Source of the DNA: Podarcis pityusensis | Taxonomy: Eukaryota | NCBI GenBank assembly: GCA_964106645.2 | Contig: OZ067044.1 | Reading direction: 5' to 3' (one strand) | Length of the DNA: 64,000 nt | In this document: in pieces, positions 11,516 through 22,763 of the stretch | Position numbering within the stretch: the first letter of the stretch is position 1 | Layout of the letters: the number at the start of each line of letters is the position of its first letter | Made by a program: the position numbers and the translations under genes | The notes under the pieces: model-generated | What the model was told of the DNA's origin: nothing | The model's database searches: none | What the model saw: only the letters and a program-made list of their open reading frames with translations

Positions 11516-11730
11516 AGCCAGGGTGGTATAGTGGTTAGAGTATTGGACTCTAACCACTATAGCAGAAGACCAAGAAGACAGCAGTTCATATCCCCACTTG
11601 GCCATGAAACTCTCTGGGTGATCTTAGAAGTCATAGTCTCTCTGTCTAACATACCTCACAGGGTTGTTGTAGAAATTAAATATGGTGGGAAAAACCATGA
11701 ATGCCACCCTGAGCTCCTTGGAGGAAAGAT
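11516..11730 (+). mobile_element. Old Squam3-like SINE
   Basis: Head gccagggtggtatagtggttagag with A box, gttcatatcccc B box, body ...tacctcacagggttgttgt...ccctgagctccttggagg. Confidence 0.7.
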
Positions 11731-13112
11731 GTTTGGCAAGGTAGTTAGTTTAGCTGCACTGAATGTGCTACCTTTGAAGAAAACACTGAAAATCTCCAGC
11801 ACAGCTGGGGGGAATGCACACGCACACACAAACACACATTCAGGGGAAAATAATATGATTCAGGAATAATGCAGTTGCAAGTGATTGCAAAAAACCAGAA
11901 ATGCAAATATGTATTAACACAAGATAAACACAGAATATGATCTATGTATGTATGTTTCTTTTCTCTTTCATTCTGTAGCAGCGGATGCAAAGAAAATATG
12001 AGCAAGCATGCTGGTTCCATTTAATAGTGATACACAAACCTTATCATTAAAATGGCCTCAAGAGTGTGACGTGACTATAATTTTGTCCATGAATCATGGA
12101 AGTGCTCACAGGAGTTTAGGAGTCCAAGACAAAAGCCCTGCTGCCCATTCTAAACACCCTTCAACACTTGTCGTTCAGCTTACAGATGCTAATCAACTTC
12201 TACCCTGTGGTTTTGTTCCTTCAAACACATTTAAAATGCACTTTGTATAGTAGGAAGCATATAATTCATTACAGCAGGGACAAATTACCGTGACCTAGTA
12301 GCTGACACTGCGGAAGGGCAGTCCCTACGTTGGCTTTAGCATTAGCCTTTATTGGCAAACACTGGAAACTCTTGAGGAAGAGAAACCTACATTTTTCTTT
12401 TATCTATTCTGAAGGGAGATAATTCCCAAAGCACATTACAAAGCTTCTATCTGCCTCCCCTTTAAATAGATTCTGTTCATTTTGGGTTTTTGTGTACCTA
12501 AAGCCTCTTTGAGCAAACGCTGCAGGCAGGCTCTGCTTCTGTGCTTCTCGTTTATTTGTGTAATATTTGTTCATTTCTTTTAATAAAAATGGCATATCAG
12601 GTAATGCACTTAATTTACCTATTCAACCTGAAACTGCAGGATGGAAAGAAAATCTATGGATATGGCTCTGTAGGGTAGCAACAGTCGCTTTGGGCTGCAA
12701 ATGCTAAAAATATCTTTCTCCCTGTAGCAACTCAGGTATGAAAGATTCAGACCATTCATAATAACGGCAATTAAAAGCACCTAATGGGATGGAAATTCTC
12801 CTTCTTTTCCATTGCTAAATTCATTTTATATGACAGACTCTGCAGTCATTTTTAAACACACACAAAGCACACCGTTTCTTTAGATTTGTTTGGGTCCTAA
12901 CCATTTTAATGGCTAAAGGCAGATGACCAGTTAATCGTGGCTAAGTTATGTCAAAATATTATATATTTGAATCAATATAACCCCAGACCAACTATTCTGT
13001 TTTGAAGATGTATTTTGCAATCCTTATTTACAAGTTGATTAATATATGTGTATCTGTATCTTTCTTTCTGAAGCCTTTGATTAGATATTAGCCCTAGGTC
13101 ATGGGAGATCTG

Positions 13113-13585
13113 GGAAGGGCCGTAGGTTGGTAGAAGAGTACATACTGTACTTTGCATGCATAAGAGCTCTGATTCAGTCCTCTGAATCTGTAGTTAAAAG
13201 GATCTCAGGTAGCATAGTTGGCTTTTCTCTGCCTCAGGCCTCAGAGAACTTTTGCTAGACAGAGCAAGCAGTGCTTGTTTATGGATAGATTGAAGGCCTG
13301 ACTCACATACCAGCCAACTGTCCTGGAAAAAACAGGACATCCAGTTTTTTCTTGAGAGAGGACAACTTTAGGGCCATACTCTTGCCCCCCCCCCAAATGC
13401 TTTTATTGGGGCAGCGATCTTGCGCAGTGCCCCAAAAGATGCATTTTGGGACACCATGCCCCCCAAAGTGTTTTTTGCGGGGGGGTGTTGTTACGTGACT
13501 TGCGTGGGAATGCTGGAAGATGGTGCCCCAGTTTTGGGCCACTTCTTATTGGAGAGTATGGACTCAGTGTAAGCTTCATACAGGC
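13113..13585 (+). mobile_element. Degenerate tRNA(Ala-like)-headed SINE interrupted by a DNA element
   Basis: Collinear with 17408-17565. The tail motif ggcctgactcagt(g/a)taag is split at gactca by 13306-13560. Confidence 0.55.
13306..13560. mobile_element. Non-autonomous DNA transposon with CATAC...GTATG ends and 6-bp TSD
   Basis: Ends cataccagccaa / ttggagagtatg. Exact TSD gactca at 13300-13305 and 13561-13566. Removing it restores the host SINE tail. Confidence 0.8.
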
Positions 13586-13957
13586 TTATGCCAGAACAAA
13601 GTCAGTAGGGGACATTTGTAGCAGCCATGCTAATATCAAGGAGAATCACATTTTTTCCTGTATTCAGATGGCAATATATTTTTGCAGGAAAGATGAATTC
13701 CCCCACCTCTCTTTCGTGTCTCTCTGGGATGGCACCATTGCAAGAATGTCTTCCAGCTAAGGAACAGGGTGGAGTGCTACTTCTGGCAATGGTGCTGTAC
13801 CAGAGGAACAAGAGATACTTTTCCAAGGCAAGAAGAGTTGTCTGGTTTTGAAAGAGGGCTGGTGGGACACTAGAAGCAGCTTTATAGGCTAAATCCAGGC
13901 TACAGAAATGCTTCTATGCAAGAGAGAGACAGAGACAATGACAGAGACAGAGCACAT

Positions 13958-14201
13958 AAGAAGAAGAGAAGAAGAGTTTGGATTTGATATCCCGCCTTTC
14001 ACTCCCCTTCAGGAGTCTCAAAGTGGCTAACATTCTCCTTTCCCTTCCTCCCCCACCTCTGTGAGGTGAGTGGGGCTGAGAGACTTCAGAGAAGTGTGAC
14101 TGGCCCAAGGTCACCCAGCAGCTGCATGTGGAGGAGCGGAGACGCGAACCCGGTTAGCCAGATTACGAGACTACCGCTCTTAACCACTACACCACACTGG
14201 C
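13958..14201 (-). mobile_element. Squam3-like SINE, young subfamily with (CTT)n tail
   Basis: tRNA-like head on - (gccagtgtggtgtagtggttaagagc...ggttcgcgtctcc) and (GAA)n on +. Highly similar to 54346-54602. Confidence 0.9.
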
Positions 14202-15390
14202 TGGAAAGACACCGCTACACTACACCACACTGGAGTGAAAGATCAGGTACTATAAAAAACAATACATTATACAGAGCAGTTGCCTCTCTGGGAATCAACA
14301 CACTTGCACATTTGTGCAAAGCTACGGTTTGGCTCAGTGTGCTATCCGAACCTGGACAAAGTATATCTGTCTTCATATCTGCGTTTTTTTAAAAAACAAC
14401 CCCCCCCCAAAAAAAGAGAAATAGCCACAATCTGTATGTGTGTGCTTTAAAAAACCCAACTAGGCTATCAGGAGTGATAATTTCAAGTGACATGAAAAAG
14501 GCTATGTACCCACTGTCAGGATTTAAAAATTGTGCTCAATCCTTTTTTAAAATAACAATAACAACCTTTATCTCCCCTAGAGTGAAAAAGACTAGATTCT
14601 GAATATTTACTGCTGAGTCTTTAGACATATAATTCATCACCTCAAAAGAAACCACACATAAGCCAGGCTAAGAGAGCTTGAGGGGATCGTAGACAAACAC
14701 AAAGGGAAACAGGAGCCTCAGGACACCTTTCTCCTTCCATTATTTATCTCTGCTTGTCTTATCTCTTTATTAGTAGCTTAAAGCCAGAATAGAAATCTGA
14801 AGTGTCAGAATAATATAAGTTTTTATAGAGTAATGGAGGTATATATTTGTTGACAGCAGGGCATGAATCTTGAAAAGTAGGGTATCGTGAATTCAATATT
14901 TCACTGGTGCTTTTCAGGAAAACACATGGTATGAAAGACAGTATAAAATCATATGTATTCATAGCAATGTAGTGTTGTAGAAATGTCTCAGATGTCACCG
15001 TCTCCAAAGCAGTAACTGCTGCTGGGCTTCATGCATTTAGTGAAAATACTGCTCTGAGAGAATTTGGATTTAGTGATGATTGATTATGCCCTTGATTCTA
15101 CTAGCTGTTGGTGTCTCTCTTGTATTCCTGCCTCCTCTTTTAAACTTCCAATTCTTTAAATTTATATTTTTAATGGAATAATTCATATCATGGTGAACCT
15201 CCTCTTTGGGACTTCTTGATAATAATCAGAAAGTTGGAGTGTAAGTCAGAATTATTACTTGCATATAGCTAATATATGTGTGTGTAAATTATCATTGGCT
15301 AAGGAGATGAGAGGCAGGAAGTTCCTGTTTCAACTTTTACCTCTTCCATGAATATCTGGCACTTCTACACTCACAATTAGATTTTCTAGA

Positions 15391-15500
15391 TCAGCATTCC
15401 AAACTTGGGAGTCCCCAGATGTTGTTGGATCCCAACTCGAATCACCATGGCCAATGCTGAGTGATGATGGGAGTTAGTCCAAAATATCTGGATGGCTATT
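15391..15500. mobile_element. Degenerate palindromic hAT-type MITE
   Basis: ccagatgttgttggatcccaactc ... gggagttagtccaaaatatctgg inverted core. Confidence 0.6.
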
Positions 15501-16333
15501 CTTGGGTACTTAACCATGCATGAGAAAGGTTAAGTGCTTGCTGTATGAAACAGCTGTGTGTCATACTATTATTATTTTTGATGACCATATTATTATTTCC
15601 CCATATTTATTGAAAAATTATTCAGCATTAATTATTGGTTTATTTTCACAACAGCCATAAATATCCCAATTTAACAATTGTGGGGATTGAATAAGAGAAA
15701 ACATAGGCAAGATGTCCTAAAAAATCCATGTCCAAGGAGGGATCAGAACTCATGTCTTCTCAAACCATACTCATATGCTCCATCTTAGCTGTAGAATTCT
15801 GCAGTGGTTACTAATCAAGGGGTTTCTTCACTTGCTGCAAGCTTTTTACAAGCCAAAAAAAGTGGGTGCAGGTTGCTTGTTCATGCTTACTGTACACACC
15901 ACTGGGATATTTATTTTTCTTCTAACATGTATTTCTTATTTTCTAACCCTCCATCTCTCTAAGAATTCAAGATTATAAGAACAACACGTGCAGCCCTTCT
16001 ATTTAGTGGCAGATTAGCCAAGTGACCTAAGGAAGGGAACAAAGCGCGAAGCTCCTTCCCGCAGAATCTTCTTACATCTCAGTTAACTAACACTGGGATA
16101 TTTACTTTGACATTAGGACCCCTCTTATGAAGTTTTCCCCTTAATTGTATGGGGAAATGCCCTCAAAATGTAACTGAGTCACTCAGCAGTTTGTACTATC
16201 TCCAAGTCAAATGATATCTCAGCGATTCTTCAAGTGTTCTTATCAGGATTTATAAGCTGAAAAATGAAAGCTTACATGAATGCAGCTTTCAGCCCCCCAT
16301 CCCCTGTCCAACAGGGAACTGTCCCCCAATAAA

Positions 16334-16838
16334 TGTCAGGGTCTGGGCAGAGGAGGAATAGTGGAGACCGCCTTCCCAGCCTGACCCTTCCAGAGAAGAA
16401 GAAGACAGTTCAGAATTACAACAGGGGTTTGAGGGAGGTCACAGCTCAGAGGCAGATGAAGGGAAAAGTTGGGAAATAATGGGAGAGGAGGAGGAGAAAG
16501 AGGAAGCACCTGGGAGGGGAGGACAGCTGATGGACACAGTGTCTTTAGAAAGCATTTCAGACCCCCGCTCCCAGAACCCGGCAAGCATTGAAAGTAGCAG
16601 AGCAAAGAGCTCAAAGGCAGAGGTCACTTGTCAGCGCCCGTAGGGATGACGAGTGAGGAAGTGGGAGAGACGGAGGTGGGGGTGGAGATGCACTTGGGAC
16701 AATGCCATTATCTAAGAGGCTGGGTTCCAAAGCCTCTCTCTGTAAATATGGAGTAAAAAGCGGATGGTAAGAAACATTTCCTTGTCTTTGTACATTCCTG
16801 GGCAACTGGCCGTGGGAGTTGGTGACATCCACCTGACA
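16334..16838 (+). mobile_element. Solo LTR, probably Gypsy/Metaviridae, 505 bp
   Basis: TG...CA ends with 7-bp inverted termini tgtcagg / cctgaca. Flanking 5-bp ataaa / ataca is a TSD with 1 mismatch. AGTAAA polyA-like signal at about 16752. Purine-rich U3. Confidence 0.7.
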
Positions 16839-16855
16839 ATACAGTAGCAGCCTAA

Positions 16856-16935
16856 GATCATAAGAACAGCCTGTTGGATCAGGCCAAAAGCCCAACGAAT
16901 CCATCACCCTGTTCTCACAGTGGCCAACTAGACAG
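16856..16935 (-). mobile_element. 3' tail of an older CR1-type LINE
   Basis: cataagaacagcctgttggatcaggccaaaagccc...ctgttctcacagtggcc. The same tail occurs at about 44566-44680 (-) and 20965-21205 (+). Confidence 0.55.
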
Positions 16936-17407
16936 TGCCATAGCTTGCGGGGGGGGGTAGACTTTTTTTTTTGCCCCGAGTGAATACAGAGTGAAAGGGA
17001 GCAAATAAATAAAAGCACTAAAAATGCAATCAAAAACATACAGCATCTAGCACACTTGGTACAAGGGGCAGAAATTTTTAAAGTGGTTTTCCAAGACCCT
17101 CAGCAATTTTCAAGGGGTCCATGGGAAATAAATATTTTGAGAACCACCATTTTGGCTGGGGGGAAAAGGCATAGGAGAAATGAGATCCAGTCATTTCACA
17201 AATGACTTGTCCCTTTCCCATCTGTTGAATGGGAGCTTTAAAATTTCAGCTGTGAATTTTCCAGAGGGAAACTCTTACACTCAGATTGCCTTCTGTTAAA
17301 ACAAAAACAAAAAGCCCCCTGCCATCATTCAACCATTATGCCAAGGATGCTGCAGAGCAGAACCCAAAGCCAAAGTGAGTCACATTTTGCAGTCACATGA
17401 CAGCATG

Positions 17408-17565
17408 GAAGGGCCATAGCTCAGTGATCTCATCTGCTTTCCTTGCAGAAGGTTCCAGGTTCAATTTTCAGCACCTCTGGTTTCCTGATGCCCCTGTCTC
17501 TTCGTGTAGACAATTCTGAGCTAGATGCACCCGTGGTCTGACTCAGTATAAGGCAGCTTCCTGTG
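17408..17565 (+). mobile_element. tRNA(Ala-like)-headed squamate SINE
   Basis: Head gggccatagctcagtg...ttgcagaaggttccaggttcaatt, tail ctgagctagatgcacccgtggtctgactcagtataaggcagcttcc. Confidence 0.7.
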
Positions 17566-18178
17566 CGTAATTATCTGAGACAATGTTTACATGAATAAAG
17601 GCAAGCAGCATCAGGTGCCTCCATAGGGGGTTGTTAATAAGAACATGTTGTACTTCTGTGCAGTTTATATATTCTTCCACTTTATTACTGTAGTAGCGTT
17701 TCTTAAGTTTTACAAAGCAGGAGAATGGTTCTCAATGGCGCTCCTCCCACCCCAGGTGTTCAGCGAATTATAAGTCTATTTTAATACCCTCCTGTATTTA
17801 CTTGAAAATACACAGTATTTGAGTATGAGTTCAATAGATTGAAGTTGTATTGGTCCGTTCTATATGGCATTCTAAAGAACATTTCCCCAGACCAGTAGTT
17901 GCTTTTGGACTCAGATGAAATTCCTAACACGTCACCCATTTCACCAGCCACTTCAATGGAGGGGGCAACTCTCTTACCACTCGCTTAACTGTGACTGGTA
18001 GAGGAACTCTGTATGAACTCTGGTTCTAGCCTTATATTAGGGACACTCCATGGCCCAGTGTTACTGACATGCCATAAAACCCTAATCTCCCATTCTCTTT
18101 TACCACTAAAGAACTTGTAGAGAATTGAAGTAATAAATAATTTTTTGGATAAAGACTATTTAGCTGCATTGAAATCAA

Positions 18179-18298
18179 AGGGTTGTAGTCAACTAACTTT
18201 TACTCAGAGTAGACCCATTAAAATCGATAAGCTAAAGTTAGTCCTGACTATTAATTTCAGTGGGTCTACTTTGAGTAAAAGTTAGTTGCACGAAACCT
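18179..18298. repeat. Hairpin-shaped MITE-like inverted repeat with 28-bp arms
   Basis: Arms 18190-18217 and 18261-18288 are reverse complements at 27 of 28 positions. Confidence 0.85.
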
Positions 18299-18994
18299 AA
18301 TGTGAATAGTTAGTCATGACTCATTCAGGTCTCATTGAGTTCAGTTGGATCCAAGGTGACTTCGTCTGGAGCCAACTCGACAAAACAAAAGACTTAAAAA
18401 CACTTATTTGCCAAAGGAATAACCGGAGACTTAATGGTTGTGGTTCATAAGTCCAATGGTGCCTAAAATAAAGATTTTTCTTGACCAATAAGTGGCTATA
18501 TAAATTAAAAGTTGGGCCCATCTATACAGAATAGCAATTTTACAGCAATAAGAGAAGATAATATACACTTTAAAGTACCTGAAGGTGTAATTTGCAATGA
18601 AAGACACAAACCTTTCCTTTAATGACCTTTCCTTCTTTCCTTATAACTCAGTAATAATGAACTGCTGGAATATAACTCAGTGTATGGGGTCAAGTCCTCG
18701 AGGGCATTATGGATTGCCTGCTGAGCATCCTTAAATATCATTAAAATCAAAGCCAGCCATCACTGAAGTCAAAGCCACAGACTGCAAATTGGCTCAATTT
18801 TTGCCAATTTATTTTTCTGATGACTGCATAGAACAGTTTTAAAAGTTTGATTTTCCACGGTCTCACCCAATCTGATGTTGGAATGCAAATGAATCATAAA
18901 AGCCAGACCACAATTATGTCACATTCAGCAGGGGAACCATAGAACAGCTCCAGCTCCAGGTTGCTCAAACCAAATAATATGGTTGTTCATTTCT

Positions 18995-19230
18995 ATTTAT
19001 TATTACATTTAGACTCCACCTTTCCCCCAAGGAAGTCAAGGGGGCATGCATGGTTCTCCCTCTCCTCATTTTATTCTCAGAACAACACTGTGGGTTGGGC
19101 TGAGCTAAGGGATGAAGACTGGCCCAAGGTCACTTAGTTGAGTTTCACGACTGAGTGAGGATTTGAACCCTGATCTCCTAGGTCCACACTCTAACCACTG
19201 CACCACACTGACTTTTATGCCACACTGGCT
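18995..19230 (-). mobile_element. Old Squam3-like SINE with (TAA)n-type tail
   Basis: gactggcccaaggtcac...gaggatttgaaccc...ctctaaccactgcaccacactg is collinear with 13958-14201. Confidence 0.75.
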
Positions 19231-20801
19231 CTCTCTATCTCTATATAAAGAGAGCCAATAACTCTCTAATACTGGGATGTGTGGGGAGATCTGTCCATAT
19301 CATACATGATCAAGACTTACGTTCTTCCAGCTAGTCAACGTCAGAAGATGGTTATAGCCCTTTGTGGCTTCTTTAGTCCTAGTATTATGGAATTCTAACA
19401 TTGCAGGTGTATATGAAGTTAGAAAAAGAACTATATGTCTGCATGAGCTGCAACAAACCTGGTTACTGTGATGAAACTTTGTTGAAAGCTAATTATAGCT
19501 GTCACGGGTAGTACTTTGATTCAAGACCATCGTCTCCATCTGCCATCTCTCTTCTCTGGATCGAACTTGCACTGGCAGATTGTATCAGTCAGAGAAGTGG
19601 CAATAAAAAGATGTCTCCCAAACCACGCCCAACTATTATGCCACAGAAATGAAAATATTGAGAATCCATTCCAGATCTTTCTCAAAAGTCAGATTTGAGG
19701 CTATACATTATTCGAGAACACTTTCTGAATAACAATGTCGCTGTGTGGCAGCATGCCCCAAATTCTGGAAAACCACCCCAGCAAGCATGCCATTATAAAT
19801 GGTAAGTGCTGAAAAGGCCCCTAGTCACACAAAAATTATGTGTTTGTGGGCAGGGGGAGGAAATTCAGGATCTTTCAGGCTTATTGCTTCCATGATAAAT
19901 ACAAAAGTTACTCATTTATTATGTACTGAACACACATGATCCCTTGAGGTTGCATTTTTTGTGCTGAGTCATTTCCTGAGAATTCCTACCCCATCTGCAT
20001 TGTTTGCCTGTGCTGAGAGCTGAGTGCTGGGAGCTGAAGAGCAGCTGGAAAATCGTTTCCTCCGATCAGAAAAAGCAATTTCCAGCTAGTGGCAGAAAGC
20101 ATACAGTTATTCTGACTCAACAAAACCAGCATTATCTTTACACTCACATCTGAAGAGGGTGTGGTTATGAGGCAATTAGGCAACTTAAGGAAAGGGCTTC
20201 TAACAAGTTGATTCTAACAGAAAAGCTGCACTGGGAACCACAGTAAATATTAACAGACTTGACAGAGGTCATTTAAAGTAATCACTACAAGTATTATGAA
20301 GAATCAATATTTCAGTAGTGCACACTACTTGTCATTGATTTAAGAGAACGTCCTACTTTATCTTGGACTTGATGTTTTTCCAATCAAGCTTTAAGCATAC
20401 TGCAAAGCCTAGGATGTTTTTAAAAGTAACGAATAAGCCAGATCATAAATATATGATTTTAAATAATTCAATTGCAACTGTATCAATTTTCCATTGCAAT
20501 CTACTCTTAATTTTTATTATACATTGACAGATTTGCTAATCACTGGTTTGAGAACATAGTCTGCAGTACAGCCTCTAGTCCAGTCCCAAAGGACAAGTTT
20601 ATCCAAAAATATATTACTGGGATGACATTAGCATATAAAGATGTGTCATTCTGTCCTCTCCCTGAATGGGAAGAAAAACAAACTCTCTGTTAAATATTTG
20701 ACTGACAGGCACAAGTATCTCTCATCCCTTGACTATCTCTAACTGATGAGGAAGCAGCAAAACTTCATTTTAATTTTAATTGTAAATAGAGAGCAGTTCT
20801 G

Positions 20802-20805
<4 letters not shown>

Positions 20806-20839
<34 letters not shown>
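20806..20839. repeat. (AC)n microsatellite
   Basis: About 17 perfect units. Confidence 0.95.
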
Positions 20840-20841
<2 letters not shown>

Positions 20842-20964
20842 TCCTGGGATATCAACCCCCCCCACCCCCAAGAGCTATAATTCTCAGCAACATTAGCAAA
20901 CTACAGTTTCCAGGATTCCTTAGGTGACGTCATGTGCTTTAAATCTATGGTATGGATGCACACA

Positions 20965-21205
20965 AAGTATTTCTTCACACATAGTTAACTTATGGTATTT
21001 GCTGATGCACAGCATGGTGATAGACACTAAGGAGGTTTAAGAGTGGGGGGGGGGAATCGTGGAAGGTAGGGCTAGCAATCAATTCCTCCTACTCCTGATG
21101 GCTATATGCTACATCCAGGATCCGGTAACAACATGATTCTGAAGCACCAGTCACTATGGGAATGCTGTGCTTGGTAGGCCTTTGGTCTTATCCAACAGTG
21201 TTTCC
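20965..21205 (+). mobile_element. Old CR1-type LINE 3' fragment
   Basis: ttcttcacacatagttaacttatgg...tggtgatagacac...ggcctttggtcttatccaacag, a degenerate ORF2 end and tail. Confidence 0.5.
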
Positions 21206-22510
21206 TGAGAGAGCAACCATGCCACTCAAAAGAGAAAATCTCCCCTTTTTATAGAAACTACTGTAGAGAACTAGTATATTAAAATTGCTGCGGTAGCCTT
21301 ATTAATCCGATGAAATTCCCCAGTCAGTTTAATAAGATAGGAGGCTTATTTATACGCATCCATTATTCCATCTAGTCATAATCATTCCCATTAATCTATG
21401 CATGCTGTAATTTATTTATTTATGTAATTTGTATACCACCCTTCATCCAAAGATCTCTGGGCAGTTTGCAGGATAAAAATACAAAATAAAACACAAAATA
21501 ACTTCTGCGCTGTTGGTGTCAATTTAGGATACAAAGATAACAGGAAAATGCATTACAGAATTCACTGCCAATGTAATTTCAATCATTCATTACCTTAATA
21601 AACTAATAAGTGCAACTGACCTGGAAAAAAGCTGTGGGCTATAAAATAACAATGGCACAACATAACTAGAGTAGGAGGAATGGCAGGCAATAGCAAGTAA
21701 ACATAACTAATACAGCAATCCTATACACACTTACCTCAGGTAACTTCTGTGTAAATTTGCATAGACTCACACTGTAAGTAACAAAATAACATGGAGAAGT
21801 ATCTTACAGCAGTGTTGGCTCAAGTAATTCTTCAGCCCAATACCATGAATAAGTGCTGCTGTTCAATAACTTTCCTTATGATTGCTTTCAGCTCAATCCT
21901 ATGCATGGTGACTTTGAGTTAAGCTCAACTGAATTCAATATGATGGCTGCTGGAAATTGCAGACCTGGCTTCCAAATATGGCCCTCGTGGCCTTTCTCTC
22001 TGGCCCTTGGACCACACACCTCACCATCCTGGCTCCATGCTCTCACTTGGCTGCAATCTAGCCAAGTGTACTAAGGTAAGCATCTCACCAGTGGCTCCTC
22101 CCACCTCTACCTCTGACCGTGCCCACCACTGACATGTGGCCCTCAGGAGATTATTAATGATGGAATGTAGCCCTTGGGCTGTAAAAGGGTTAGCCACCAC
22201 TGCAACATCCTTTATTCGCCTGGGGCAAGTGTGCACATGTACAAGGGAGTTATGGACCACGGAATTTAATGGGATTTACTTCTAAGTAACTATGCCCAGG
22301 ATTATGTTGTAAGTTACATTTCATGATAACCAAGCCCACGATGCTCCATGTGGACTGATGCATGGTGGTGGGCAGTGCTCCCTCACTATTCCAGCCTGTT
22401 TGAGGCACTTCCAACTCTCACCCCTCATAAAAACTCATACCCCATGACAAAACTGCTACTTCTATAAGAGAAGTCTTTGTAGAGTTCAAATTTGGGCTTT
22501 TGTCCTAAAA

Positions 22511-22763
22511 CATGGGTAGGCAAACTAAGGCCCGGGGGCCAAATCCGGCCCAATCACCTTTTAAATCTGGCCCGCGGACGGTCCAGGCATCAGCGTGTTT
22601 TTACATGAGTAGAATGTGTCATTTTATTTAAAATGCATCTCTGGGTTATTTGTGGGGCATAGGAATTCATTCATTCCCCCACCCTCAAAATATAGTCTGC
22701 CCCCTCCCCAAGGTCTGAGGGACAGTGGACCGGCCCCCTGCTGAAAAGGTTTGCTGACCCCTG
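22511..22763. mobile_element. hAT MITE resembling the OposCharlie1 (OC1) group, 253 bp
   Basis: Ends catgggtaggcaaact / aggtttgctgacccctg. Perfect 8-bp TSD tcctaaaa at 22503-22510 and 22764-22771. Subterminal ggtctgagggacagtggaccggccccctg. Confidence 0.88.

Noticed and set aside
14066-14392. Paralogous-looking ORFs MSGAERLQRSVTGPRS... and 54467-54814
   Set aside because: Both are antisense translations of Squam3-like SINE copies.
19315-19430. Possible 74-nt minus-strand exon (branch-point-like ttctaac, AG...GTAAGT)
   Set aside because: It is isolated, with no partner exons and no recognisable peptide. Such signals are expected by chance in 64 kb.
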